Source: Clostridia bacterium (lineage in GTDB: Bacteria; Bacillota; Clostridia; RGIG6154). From it: a stretch of 64,000 bases of DNA. Location of the stretch: the NCBI GenBank assembly GCA_017410375.1, contig JAFQQW010000051.1, forward strand, positions 12,524 through 76,523. Reading direction: 5' to 3'. The position numbers and the translations under genes are program-made. The notes beneath the pieces are model-generated. The model made no database searches and was not told the origin of the DNA. It worked only from the letters and a program-made list of their open reading frames with translations. This document shows, in pieces, positions 9,546 to 19,523 of the stretch. Numbering within the stretch: position 1 is the first letter of the stretch; every line of letters starts with the position of its first letter.

Positions 9546-11666
9546 TTAATTTATTTTTTCAAAAGTTGCACCGGCATTTAAGGTGATTTCACCGAGTTTA
9601 AAACCGATTGCGTATTGGGGATTAACCGAAATTTTTAAGACCCGGTTTTGTGCAGAATTGTTTTGTAGCTTCAGATACACCATTTTTCCGTTTTCCACCT
9701 TCAGACTGACCGCAATGTTTCCGCTGACCCGGATATCTCTGCAGGAAAACGTTTCCCAGGGTGCATCTATACCGCCTGCTATAAGAATTTCATTTTCGTC
9801 CGTTGCACAGGCAAACGCCTCATTCACGGCAGCAACGCAAAGCCCTGCCGGTGAAGGGTAATAATAATTAATCGGGCATCCATCCAGACGGATTTTCTCG
9901 GGTAACGCCCCGAGCGAGGATGCCCCGTAACCGAAATGCCGAATCAACTCCATTGCCTTTTGGCTTTCTTTCAGCCGTATATAGCAACGTGCCGTTTTGG
10001 AATCATTCCAAGGCCAATGCCTGTATTCTTCCGAAGTGGTGTCATTATCCATGCCCCACGGTGTCTTCCCCACTTCAACTTCTGCATCCATAGATGCTTT
10101 TATGTCAAATCCCTTTGGCAAAAATTTATACAACTCTTTCATCGTGCCACCGATATAGGGGGCATTTTCATGGGAAAGAAGCACACCGTCGGCACGCACA
10201 TTTTTTTGTAGTGCACGATACATTTTTTCAGAAGTTTCTATATAGGTTTCATCCTCTAAAATGATGCCTGCGTAGCGAAACGCCGCTGCAAAAAGCGCTT
10301 GTGTAAAGCTGTCCACCTCAACCGCATAGCCGGCTTCGGTCGCAGACTCTACGCTTTTGATGTATGCTACATCTTCTTTTTCAATCAGCATAGAATCCGT
10401 ATAGAACAAAAGCAATTCTTTAAGCACTTCTTTCAAATCCTCACCGATTGCTTCGGGTTGATACACCCACTCGGAATAAATGGCAACCGCACAGTATGCA
10501 CTAAAAAGCGGCTTAACCTGCGTAATCCAGTCAAAGGGATCGATATAGTGGGTCACATACGTTCCGTCAGTTGTTGTCCAGCCGTAAAAGGTTGTTCCTT
10601 TTACGCCTTTACTGCTGAGTATTTCTCTGCACACATCCGCAAACATAAAATACGAGTGCGTATATGCAAGGGATTCTTTAAAGTTGCCTGCGGTTAAAAA
10701 CGCATCATGGGCAAAGGACGCATCGTACGCACAGCATATACCGCCCTGCCAGAGATTCGGAAGCATACCCAGACACACAAGTCCGCTTTCGGGATGCTGA
10801 TGCGCCCTGATAGTATAACGGCTGAGCTCATAAACACCTTTAAGCTTTTCGTCGGGAATTTCAATGCCACAGCTTGAAAAATAGGTTTCCCATCCCAATT
10901 TATGCGCCACGTAGAGCACCGAATAGTTTTCTTTTGCTTTTTGCAAAAGCGAAAGATAATCAATCTGCTCTTCCGCGCCCACGCAAATCATTGCGCGTTC
11001 CACACAAAAACCGGATTTTACATTTTTATACATTCCCTTTGCGAAAGCACGTTTTTTGTTTTTGCTGTCTGCCGTGATTTCATCAAAGGGTATGGAAGGA
11101 ATTAATGCACCTTTTCCTCTATAGGCAGACTTTTCCGGCGGTTGGTTTTCGTAGGCAAACAAAAGCATATCCCGCTTCGCATCTGTCGTCACCGCGGAAT
11201 CATTTGCAAACTGCATACACCGAAAACCTGTATCGGGTGCGCTGATTTCAAAGCCTAAATCCAGTTCCGCACCATCAGGATTTTCAAGAACCGTCACTCT
11301 TTCGCACCAAATACTTTCGGCGTTAAGAAAGGCATCAATAGAAATCTTTATGCCTTTTGCAAAGGCAAGAACAGTGTGTGCTGTTGCCGTTTTTGCATCA
11401 AAGCTCTGCTCAAAAAACTTAGGCTCTGCAGGCGCGTTATATAAAATCACCTGCACACCTGCACGGATAAGCGGCTGCTGATTGGCAGCATAAGCAGCGG
11501 TAGACATTTTGTACCATCCGCAGGGCGCACCCTGATGGGATTCAGCGTGCGTATGTCCGTTTCGGGAAACATAATTGCTTCCGTCATAATTAATCAGCAC
11601 GCCATCCCTGCCGTTTGCCAAAAGCAACGGATAATATGGTTCATTGGATAAAGGGGTTGCCTTCAT
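9546..11666 (-). CDS. Uncharacterised 706-aa cytoplasmic protein, possibly a six-hairpin-type glycosidase
   Basis: Long ORF with a GGAGAG SD and tight operon spacing (12 nt to the permease, 28 nt from nagB). No signal peptide and no motif I can assign. The fold guess is inference from helix-rich, Trp/aromatic-rich composition. Confidence 0.55.
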   Translation of the reverse strand: MKATPLSNEPYYPLLLANGRDGVLINYDGSNYVSRNGHTHAESHQGAPCGWYKMSTAAYAANQQPLIRAGVQVILYNAPAEPKFFEQSFDAKTATAHTVLAFAKGIKISIDAFLNAESIWCERVTVLENPDGAELDLGFEISAPDTGFRCMQFANDSAVTTDAKRDMLLFAYENQPPEKSAYRGKGALIPSIPFDEITADSKNKKRAFAKGMYKNVKSGFCVERAMICVGAEEQIDYLSLLQKAKENYSVLYVAHKLGWETYFSSCGIEIPDEKLKGVYELSRYTIRAHQHPESGLVCLGMLPNLWQGGICCAYDASFAHDAFLTAGNFKESLAYTHSYFMFADVCREILSSKGVKGTTFYGWTTTDGTYVTHYIDPFDWITQVKPLFSAYCAVAIYSEWVYQPEAIGEDLKEVLKELLLFYTDSMLIEKEDVAYIKSVESATEAGYAVEVDSFTQALFAAAFRYAGIILEDETYIETSEKMYRALQKNVRADGVLLSHENAPYIGGTMKELYKFLPKGFDIKASMDAEVEVGKTPWGMDNDTTSEEYRHWPWNDSKTARCYIRLKESQKAMELIRHFGYGASSLGALPEKIRLDGCPINYYYPSPAGLCVAAVNEAFACATDENEILIAGGIDAPWETFSCRDIRVSGNIAVSLKVENGKMVYLKLQNNSAQNRVLKISVNPQYAIGFKLGEITLNAGATFEKIN

Positions 11667-11694
11667 AAAATTCTCTCCACTCTTTTTCTTTCAT

Positions 11695-12426
11695 TTATGC
11701 TAAGATGCCTGCCGCGCTGTCTTCATCCAAATACAAAACAAAGTCGGGATGTGTTTTTAAAAGGGTTGCAGGGACCAAATTTGTTACTTCTTTGGCTTTA
11801 ATGGTGTTCTCAATCGCCTCCGCCTTTACTTTATAGGGTACACAGGAAACGATTTTTTTGCACTGCATAATCTGGTATGCAGTCATAGAAACTGCCTGCT
11901 TGGGCACATCATTAATGGTAGCAAACCAGCCTTCACCCATCTGCTGCTGCTTGCAACGTTCATTTAAATTAACAATAATATAAGCTTCCCTGGTATCAAA
12001 GTCAGCCGGCGGGTCGTTAAAAGCAATGTGCCCGTTTTCGCCAATGCCGATTAACCCGATATCAATGGGTTCTTTGCGGATTTCTTCGGTAAGCTTTGCA
12101 ATACATTCTTCTGTACCGTCCACAAAATGTGCAGCTTTTAAAGTGCCAACCTTTGCCACAAAACGTTCCTTTAAATATTTTCTGAAAGAAGCACCGTGGG
12201 TTTCGGGCAAATCCACATATTCGTCTAAGTGAAACATTTCCACGCAATCCCATTGAATGCCCGGTTCTTTCACCAAAGCTTTCAAGGTATCAAACTGCGA
12301 TGCACCGGTAGAAAGCACAATTCTTGCACTTCCCTTTTCCGCAATTGCTTCTCTTAACACCTGTGCAGTGTATTTTGCCGCACTTTTGCCCAATTCCTCA
12401 CTGTTTTTACAAATTCTGATTTCCAT
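11695..12426 (-). CDS. nagB: Glucosamine-6-phosphate deaminase
   Basis: VLSTGASQ, FHLDEYV and GIGENGHIAFNDP are hallmark NagB/6-phosphogluconolactonase-family blocks. 243 aa. Confidence 0.9.
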   Translation of the reverse strand: MEIRICKNSEELGKSAAKYTAQVLREAIAEKGSARIVLSTGASQFDTLKALVKEPGIQWDCVEMFHLDEYVDLPETHGASFRKYLKERFVAKVGTLKAAHFVDGTEECIAKLTEEIRKEPIDIGLIGIGENGHIAFNDPPADFDTREAYIIVNLNERCKQQQMGEGWFATINDVPKQAVSMTAYQIMQCKKIVSCVPYKVKAEAIENTIKAKEVTNLVPATLLKTHPDFVLYLDEDSAAGILA

Positions 12427-12441
12427 AATTTTCCCTCCGTT

Positions 12442-13611
12442 TTATCTTAATTTTTTTCCGTTTATTATAACTTCTTTTACGGATATGTTTGCATCAAAAA
12501 ATACTAAATCTGCAAAATATCCGTCTTTGATTGCACCGCGTTTTTCAAGTTTCATGATTTTCGCAGGCGTTTCGCACATCATTTTAACGCATTCCGTAAG
12601 GGGTAAGCCTACCTCCTTATGCATCACGCGCATCAGCCGGTCACAGGTGGCAACACTCCCTGCAAAGGCGGACATATCGGTAAGATATGCCACATCATCC
12701 TTTTTTACAATGCAGTCCATGCCGTCTGCTTTCGGTCCTAAAACAGACGGACCGCTTTCCTGACAGGCACCGCGCATGGAATCTGTCACCATGCACATTT
12801 TGTCCGCACCTTTTATCTTATAGACAAGTTTTAAAAGCTCCACAGGCAAATGCACACCGTCTGCAATAACTTCAACCGTAACATCCTCTTCTAAAAAAGC
12901 CGTTTCCACCGCGCCAAGCTTTCGGTACATATTTCGTCTTGTGACACCGTTCATGCCCGAATACAGATGCGTTGCAATTTTGCACCCCATATCCACAAGG
13001 GGTTTAATTTCCTCATAAATCCCGTCGGTGTGGGCAAATGCAGACACTATCCCGTTTTCATTCAAGTATGTGCAAAGTGCTTCACTTCCCTCTCGCTCGG
13101 GCGCATAGCTGATTCGCTTTAATGTGCCGCAGCTCGCCTTGTTCCACGCCTTATATTCTTCGGGCACGGGCGATTTGATGTATTTTGGATTCTGCGCACC
13201 TCTCTGGGCATCCGCGAAATACGGGCCCTCCAGATGCGAGCCTGCAATATAAGGCTTGCCGGGTGCATTTTGCTTCATGGCATCTCTTACATTTTCAACA
13301 AATTTCAAAGTATCTTCGAAAGACACGGAAGGCGCGGTAGGATAAATGGTTGTAGTGCCGTGCTTTGCATGGGCGAAGGCCGCATTTAAAACATCTGAAA
13401 CCGCTCCGTCTGCAAAATCGTATCCGCCGCCGCCATGCACATGAATATCTATGAATCCCGGAGAAACATACAATCCCTTTGCATCTATTTCCGCATCGAA
13501 ATCCATTTCTTCATCTGTAAGCGCAAGAATTTTTTCATCTTGAATATATAAGCTTTGCCCTTCCACCGGTCGGTCGGTCAAAAAGACAGCATTTTTGATT
13601 TTTGTAATCAC
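12442..13611 (-). CDS. nagA: N-acetylglucosamine-6-phosphate deacetylase
   Basis: GFIDIHVHGGGGYDF (metal-binding HxH plus GG.G.D), later HLEGP and FAHTDG blocks. 389 aa. It overlaps the upstream gene by 4 nt. Confidence 0.9.
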   Translation of the reverse strand: MITKIKNAVFLTDRPVEGQSLYIQDEKILALTDEEMDFDAEIDAKGLYVSPGFIDIHVHGGGGYDFADGAVSDVLNAAFAHAKHGTTTIYPTAPSVSFEDTLKFVENVRDAMKQNAPGKPYIAGSHLEGPYFADAQRGAQNPKYIKSPVPEEYKAWNKASCGTLKRISYAPEREGSEALCTYLNENGIVSAFAHTDGIYEEIKPLVDMGCKIATHLYSGMNGVTRRNMYRKLGAVETAFLEEDVTVEVIADGVHLPVELLKLVYKIKGADKMCMVTDSMRGACQESGPSVLGPKADGMDCIVKKDDVAYLTDMSAFAGSVATCDRLMRVMHKEVGLPLTECVKMMCETPAKIMKLEKRGAIKDGYFADLVFFDANISVKEVIINGKKLR

Positions 13612-14858
13612 GGCTTCACTTCCTTTAATTCGTCATAAAATTCCGAAAGCTTCACATTTCGTCCTTCTGCCATGGATGCATTTGCCGCCATGCCGATGCC
13701 GATAGACATCATGCCTGCTCTTAAATCTGCCATCTGCGTGATGGGGTCTGTCCTGTCGGGATGGCGGAACAATCTGTCCCGAAGCTCGGTATCTGCACCA
13801 CCGTGTCCGCCTGCTGTTGTTTGCGGAATGTACATGTTAATAATTTCACCCTTGCGATTGTAGATGGTCAGCGAGCTATTGGATTTAGAGTCATAATTGG
13901 CTGCAGTCGCCAAACCGTTCTGTTTGATTTCCATTCTGCCCTCTGTACCGTTTAAAACAAGGTTTAATCCTTCGTAGGGTGAATGCGCCGTAAGAGAATA
14001 GCTCATAATCGCACCGCCCGAATATCGCACATTTACGCTTACGCTGTCTTCAATATCAATTTCGTCTGCAAAAACACATTTATCTCTGTAATAACCGTCC
14101 ACGTCCTCACAATCGCGGTAAATTTTTTTAAGAGAGATTTCTTTATCAATATCCAAAAAGAATTTGCAGGTTTCTTTATGCGGACAGTTTGTGCAACGCT
14201 CCGCACGTTCTTCCCGCGTATTGCCGTAAAAACGTCTGGTACCAAACGCCATAACCTCAACCGGGTCTTCTTCCAAATACCAGTTTACCAGGTCAAAATG
14301 ATGGGTAGATTTATGTACCATAAGCGATCCGGAGTTCTTCCGTTCTCTATGCCATCTTCGGAAATAATCTGCCCCGTGAGAAGTGTTTAACATCCACTCA
14401 TAGTGCACACTTAAAATTTTGCCGATTGTGCCCGATGCCACAATTTCCTTGATTCTTTTAAAAAACGGATGAAAACGCAAATTAAAGGTAACAATGACCT
14501 TTTTTCCCGTTTCCTCCTGTGCTTTTTTGATGCGCAATGCCTTTTCAAAGGTGGTGGTCAGCGGTTTTTCGGATATTACATCACACCCTGCATAAAGTGC
14601 TCTTAAAATGTAATCGTCGTGCGCACAGTCTTTGGTGGTAACAATAACCGTATCAGGCTTTACGATTTTAAGCATTTCGTCAAAATCGTCAAACACAGGA
14701 ATATCCTTCCCCGAAAATTCGCTCACCAGCTTTGCACGCTTGAAATTAATATCATACACACCGCAAAGCACAGCACAATCTTCATATTCTTTTACAAGCG
14801 GTACGGCATAGGAATGAATGCCTCTGTGTCCGCATCCGACCAAAACGTATTTTTTCAA
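13608..14858 (-). CDS. Gfo/Idh/MocA-family NAD(P)-dependent oxidoreductase
   Basis: Rossmann start KKYVLVGCGHRG and the family EKP motif (VISEKPL). Start placed at TTG 14856-14858 (GAAAGAGG upstream), because the longer ORF start at 14921 lies inside the predicted promoter spacer. Confidence 0.75.
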   Translation of the reverse strand: MKKYVLVGCGHRGIHSYAVPLVKEYEDCAVLCGVYDINFKRAKLVSEFSGKDIPVFDDFDEMLKIVKPDTVIVTTKDCAHDDYILRALYAGCDVISEKPLTTTFEKALRIKKAQEETGKKVIVTFNLRFHPFFKRIKEIVASGTIGKILSVHYEWMLNTSHGADYFRRWHRERKNSGSLMVHKSTHHFDLVNWYLEEDPVEVMAFGTRRFYGNTREERAERCTNCPHKETCKFFLDIDKEISLKKIYRDCEDVDGYYRDKCVFADEIDIEDSVSVNVRYSGGAIMSYSLTAHSPYEGLNLVLNGTEGRMEIKQNGLATAANYDSKSNSSLTIYNRKGEIINMYIPQTTAGGHGGADTELRDRLFRHPDRTDPITQMADLRAGMMSIGIGMAANASMAEGRNVKLSEFYDELKEVKP

Positions 14859-14900
14859 AGTCAAACAACCTCTTTCTCCACAAAAAGTTTTTTCTCTTGC

Positions 14901-14929
14901 ATTATAGTATGGAATCCGCACAATGTAAA
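14901..14929 (-). promoter_or_regulatory. Promoter of the oxidoreductase-nagA-nagB operon
   Basis: Minus strand: TTTACA (14924-14929), 17 nt, TATAAT (14901-14906). Confidence 0.55.
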
Positions 14930-15059
14930 GAGATTATATTATGTAGTTCATGATAAAATTACGTTAAAAACAAAAATTCAAATCGCTATTTTAAAAGGTT
15001 TTTCCGACGAGTCAGGATTTTTTTATACTTCATCGGATTATATTACAATCCATTTTTCC

Positions 15060-15088
15060 TTTACTTTTTGACTGCAGTATGGTATACT
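15060..15088 (+). promoter_or_regulatory. Candidate promoter of the divergent AraC gene
   Basis: TTTACT (15060-15065), 17 nt, TGgTATACT (extended -10, TATACT 15083-15088). AAGGAGG SD before ATG 15109. Confidence 0.45.
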
Positions 15089-15108
15089 GAATACAAGGAG
15101 GCGATAAT

Positions 15109-15924
15109 ATGCCAAACCAAATTTTCGAATTAAAAGAATTGTCTGTCTCACCCAAAGAGCTTTCTCTATACGTTCCGCCTATTGTTTGGAAAGGCGACTC
15201 TGTCGGTCACATTGGTGTAAACGATTTATTCTTCTGGGTGCTTGAAGGGGAATGCTTTTTAAATATTGATTCCAAAACCCACATCATAAGACCCAACCAG
15301 CTTGCGTTTTTGCCCAAAGGCAAAATGCGTGCCTATACACACGCCTCAGAACACTTTTCTATGTACGAAATGGCATTTTCCGCCACCTCAAACGGAGAAA
15401 ACCTGATGAACATCTTAGGACTTTGTGAACAAAACTTTGTAGTTGATATTCCAAATCCTGCCGAAATGACTGCTCTGTTTGAAAATTCCAACCGGATTGA
15501 GTTCACTAAAAATCCCTTGCATGATTTAAAATGGTGTGCAAATATCATCAACATCATCAGCATATATACCGAGGAAAGACGCAAGCTTTCCGATAACGAC
15601 AACAACACTTTCAAAGTTGTTTTGGAATACATGTCAAACAACCTTTCAAGCCCCATAAAAATTGAAGAACTTGCTTCCCTTGTGTATATGCAACCCACCT
15701 ATTTTATCAAAAAATTCGGTGATACATATGGTCTGCCTCCCATGACCTATCTAAATCGCATGCGTATGTATAAAGCCATGGGTATGCTTGCAGGAACAGA
15801 AAAGAGCATAGAACAGATTTCACACGAAATCGGCATTTCGGACGTTTCCTATTTCGCGCGTGTATTCAAAAAGCATTGCGGCATTTCCCCGACCGCTTAT
15901 CGGGCGGAATTTAAAAAGCTTTAA
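15109..15924 (+). CDS. AraC-family regulator (cupin sensor + double HTH)
   Basis: The C-terminal region (IEELASLVYMQPTYFIKKF... SYFARVFKKHCGISPTAYR) is the AraC/XylS HTH signature. The N-terminal half is cupin-like. Confidence 0.85.
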   Translation: MPNQIFELKELSVSPKELSLYVPPIVWKGDSVGHIGVNDLFFWVLEGECFLNIDSKTHIIRPNQLAFLPKGKMRAYTHASEHFSMYEMAFSATSNGENLMNILGLCEQNFVVDIPNPAEMTALFENSNRIEFTKNPLHDLKWCANIINIISIYTEERRKLSDNDNNTFKVVLEYMSNNLSSPIKIEELASLVYMQPTYFIKKFGDTYGLPPMTYLNRMRMYKAMGMLAGTEKSIEQISHEIGISDVSYFARVFKKHCGISPTAYRAEFKKL

Positions 15925-15939
15925 CAAAGGAGAACAAAA

Positions 15940-17095
15940 ATGAAAACATTAGATAAATCCCTGCTGTACGAAAAGGTTTCTGCCACCATCCAAAAAGATA
16001 TTGAAGAATGTAATCTTGCAGGCGCAGCGGTCATGGTGGCACAGCACGGCGAGCTTTTGTTGGATGCGCGGTTCGGATTCAGCAACTATTTAACCCAAAA
16101 ACCGCTTAAGCGAAATGCAATGTTCCGTTTAGCATCCATGACAAAACCCGTAACTGCCGTGGCAACAATGATTGGTGCACAAAAGGGCTGGTTTGACTTA
16201 AACGCCCCTGTAAGCAAGCATTTTCCCGAATTTGAAAAAGCTTTATGTAGGTCGGTTGGAAGGAGGAAGAGTTGTTCCGGACCATAAGCCCAAAAAGGCG
16301 GTTTGTCTGCATCAGCTTTTGTCCCACAACAACGGATTTATGGCATCAAGTCCCCTTTATGAAGTGCAGGAAAATGCCATGCCCCTTTCTGCTTTTGAAA
16401 ACAACAAGACCGCTGTCAGATATTGTCTTGAAAATACCTGCTTAACTTTAGAGCCATACTTTGAAACGGGCTACAGTGGATATTTTGCCTATGATTTAAT
16501 CGCGCTTTTACTTGAACGGCACAGTGGTCTGCAATATGCCGATTTCATTGCCGAATATATTTTTAAACCGCTCGGCATTCGGGATATTACCTACACACCC
16601 ACAAGCGAGCAATGGCAACGCGCCGTAACCATGTTTGATAAAACCGTTGGCAGATGTGGTGCAAATGTGGATATGGGCAATCACACCTTTGAAGGATTTC
16701 CTTTAAGCTACACCTGTGCAGGTGCCGGGCTGATGGGCAGTATTGAGGATTATTTTGTGTTTGCCGAAATGCTTCGGAATGGTGGCACTTACAACGGCGT
16801 GGAAATTGTAAAACCTGATCTTTTTTCAAAAATTTATCAAAAATATGTACCTATGGAATATATGCCGAAAGGATCACGGCACACCTGGGGCTTAGGTGTA
16901 AGAATCGCCGTAAACGATTTAAACCTCCCGGACGGTTGCTGGGGCTGGAGCGGCGCTTATGGCACCCATTTCTGGATAGACCCTGTAAACGATATAACTG
17001 CTGTTTATATGAAAAACAACCGCTGGCACGACAGTCGAGGCTGCGGAAGCACCGGCGGAAAATTTGAAGCCGACGTTATGGCTTCTCTCAGATAA
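15940..17095 (+). pseudogene. Beta-lactamase-family serine hydrolase, split by a +1 frameshift (or a sequencing error)
   Basis: ORF 15940-16287 carries the S-x-x-K motif (ASMTKP). ORF 16232-17095 continues the family in the next frame (VCLHQLLSHNNGF, GWSGAYGTHFWIDP). The frames switch at the A5 run 16235-16239 (gaatttgAAAAAgc). Confidence 0.7.
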
Positions 17096-17115
17096 GAATA
17101 AAAAGGAGTGGTTTT

Positions 17116-19155
17116 ATGTGGTATTCGGATTCGTACAGACGGCATTTGTGTGATATGCACATTGAGGATTGGAATGAGCAGTTTTTATCAGCGTTTTCCA
17201 TTGAAGATTATGTGCAAAACTTAAAAACCGCAAACATTCAGAACGCAATGATTTACCTGCAGTCGCATGTGGGCTTGTGTAACTTCCCCACCAAAACGGG
17301 ACATATGCACAAGGCGTTCATCGGAAACGAAGATAAGATTAAACGTCTGATTGATTTGTGTCATAAGAACAATATTTTAGTGACCGGCTATTACAGCTTA
17401 AATTACAACACAATCGAGCACGATATGCACCCCGACTGGCAGATGAAAACCCTTTCGGGCAAGTCACAGCGCGAGGGTGGAATGTCAGACGGTGAAACGC
17501 TCGACTTTGCATCTGTACGAAAAACCAGATACGGTTTTTGCTGTCCCAACAACCCCGATTACAGAAATTTTGTGTATGCACAGATAAAGGATATGACCGA
17601 TTATTTTGATTGCGAGGGCTATTTCTTTGATATGCCCTTTTGGCCGCACACCTGCTATTGTGACAAGTGTAAGCAACGCTGGGCAAAAGAATTCGGTGGC
17701 GACATACCTGTAAAACCGAAAAACGGAACTGATGATTTTTACAGACTTGTAGAAGCTAAAAACAGATGGATGGGTGAATGGATACAGTCGGTAACCGATT
17801 GTGTGAAAAAGATAGATTCATCCCTTTCTGTAGAGCATAATTTTGCTTCTGCCATTGCTGCAGACTACTATTCCGGATGTACAGAGCCCGTAAATGAAGC
17901 CAGCGATTTTGTGGGCGGTGATTTGTACGGTGGTATTTTAAACCATTCCCTTGCCTGCAAATTTTATAAAAACATCACAAAAAATCAGCCCTTTGATTAT
18001 ATGTTTTCAAGATGTAAGCCCGCGCTTCAGTCCCACACACTTACCAAATCCTCTGACGAGATGAAAACAGAGGTTATGCTAACTGCCGCACATCACGGTG
18101 CAACCATGGTGATTGACGCAATCGACCCGATTGGTACCCTTGATAAACGCGTATACGAACGCATTGGCGAAGTTTTTGCATTTCAGAAAATGTACGAGCC
18201 GTATTTTAAAGGCGAAATGTTGGAAGATATTGGCCTTTATTACAGCTTAAAAAGCAATTTTATATTCAGGGATGAGCCATTTACTTCCAAAACCGCCTGC
18301 ATAAACGCCTCCAAATTTATGATAGAGCATCATATTCCCTTTGGCGTCACAGGTCCTTATCATTCTCTTGACAAGTACAAAACCGTCATTTTGCCTTTGC
18401 TTGCCAAATCTGAACAAAATGACAACGAGCGAATTATAGATTATGTAAAAAACGGTGGAAAAGTCTTTTTAAGCGGCGCAGACAACCCTACGCTGATTGA
18501 GGCGCTTTTGGACTGCAAGATACAGGGCAGAACAGATGAGATAAACATTTATATTGCTCCCGAGCAAGGCTGTGAAGACTTGTTTTACGGATTCAACCAA
18601 AAGTATCCGCTACCCTTTTCGGGAAGCGCGCCTATCCTGCAATTAAAAGACAATTGCGAAATTCTGGCAAAAATCACACTGCCCTACACAAAGCCTTCCG
18701 AGAATCGCTTTGCTTCCATTCACTCCGACCCTCCGGGCATACCAACAGACTTCCCGGCAGTTGTTTTAAAAACTTACGGCAAGGGTGAAATTCTCTGGTC
18801 TGCCGTTAATTTGGAGAGTATGGGATTTTATGAATACGGCGAAATTTTCATGAATTTGCTGAAAAAATTAACAGATTTTGAGGCATTATCCTTTAAAAGC
18901 AATGCGCCCGAGGATGTGGAAATCACCGTTTTTGAAAACGGTGACGAAATGACCGTAAATACCGTTCTTGTAAACGAAAAAACGGTTGCCCCCATCATTT
19001 CTCCCTTTGAAATTCGGGTAAAGACGGCTCAAGAGCCAAAATCCGTGACCCTACTCCCCGAAAATGAAAGCATAAACTTTCGCTTTGAAAACGGATACAC
19101 CGTTTTCAACACACGAGAACTTAAAATCTTTGATATGTATCGTATTCAAAAGTAA
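17116..19155 (+). CDS. Putative glycoside hydrolase (GHL6-like TIM barrel + GATase1-like/beta-galactosidase-trimerisation-like domain)
   Basis: The N-terminus WYSDSYRRHLCDMHIEDW resembles GHL6-type proteins. A CYCDKCKQRW motif is present. The C-terminal half (KTVILPLL... VKNGGKVFLSG) looks like a GH42-type trimerisation domain. Assignment by memory only. Confidence 0.5.
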   Translation: MWYSDSYRRHLCDMHIEDWNEQFLSAFSIEDYVQNLKTANIQNAMIYLQSHVGLCNFPTKTGHMHKAFIGNEDKIKRLIDLCHKNNILVTGYYSLNYNTIEHDMHPDWQMKTLSGKSQREGGMSDGETLDFASVRKTRYGFCCPNNPDYRNFVYAQIKDMTDYFDCEGYFFDMPFWPHTCYCDKCKQRWAKEFGGDIPVKPKNGTDDFYRLVEAKNRWMGEWIQSVTDCVKKIDSSLSVEHNFASAIAADYYSGCTEPVNEASDFVGGDLYGGILNHSLACKFYKNITKNQPFDYMFSRCKPALQSHTLTKSSDEMKTEVMLTAAHHGATMVIDAIDPIGTLDKRVYERIGEVFAFQKMYEPYFKGEMLEDIGLYYSLKSNFIFRDEPFTSKTACINASKFMIEHHIPFGVTGPYHSLDKYKTVILPLLAKSEQNDNERIIDYVKNGGKVFLSGADNPTLIEALLDCKIQGRTDEINIYIAPEQGCEDLFYGFNQKYPLPFSGSAPILQLKDNCEILAKITLPYTKPSENRFASIHSDPPGIPTDFPAVVLKTYGKGEILWSAVNLESMGFYEYGEIFMNLLKKLTDFEALSFKSNAPEDVEITVFENGDEMTVNTVLVNEKTVAPIISPFEIRVKTAQEPKSVTLLPENESINFRFENGYTVFNTRELKIFDMYRIQK

Positions 19156-19169
19156 TAAAAAACAGCCCG

Positions 19170-19232
19170 ATTGTCCCGATTCTTCACAGATTTATAAAAA
19201 GTATGTACCCATAGAATATATGTCAAAAGGCA
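19170..19232 (+). pseudogene. Remnant 1 of a second beta-lactamase-family gene
   Basis: cagatttataaaaagtatgtacccatagaatatatgtcaaaagg (19187-19230) aligns with 16829-16872 of the neighbouring gene (KIYQKYVPMEYMPKG versus QIYKKYVPIEYMSKG). No upstream part of the gene is present. Confidence 0.6.
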
Positions 19233-19308
19233 CACCCGTTCTGACAGAGCAGGTGTGCTCGATTTTCATATGATTATGGTACATTTGTCCATTTACAGAT
19301 ATGCAGTT

Positions 19309-19523
19309 TAATGGTATAATAATTGCGCCCACAGAAAAAACACTTCGTGTTTTACATTTATGCAATTATTGTACCACGGAGTGATGAAGCAAGCCGACTG
19401 CGGCTTGCACTTATGGTATAATAATTGCGCCCACAGAAAAAAACACTTCGTGTTTTATATGTATGCAATTATTGTACCACGGAGTGATGAAGCAAGCCGA
19501 CTGCGGCTTGCACTTATGGTACA
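19309..19523 (+). repeat. Tandem 102/103-bp repeat (2 full units + start of a third), each unit a nested-hairpin structure
   Basis: Units are 19309-19410 and 19411-19513 and differ by one extra A and two substitutions. Each holds a 14-bp stem GGTATAATAATTGC/GCAATTATTGTACC (19313-19326 with 19362-19375), an inner hairpin AAAACACttcGTGTTTT and a second hairpin GCAAGCCGactgCGGCTTGC. Each unit begins with TGgTATAAT. Confidence 0.85.

Noticed and set aside
12257-12763. 168-aa + strand ORF spanning the nagB/nagA junction
   Set aside because: It is antisense to two confidently identified genes and has low-complexity Ser/Phe/Ile-rich sequence.
19085-19273. 62-aa ORF overlapping the end of gene 17116-19155
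   Set aside because: It overlaps the upstream gene out of frame and then reads through remnant 1 of the decayed hydrolase. It is not an independent gene.
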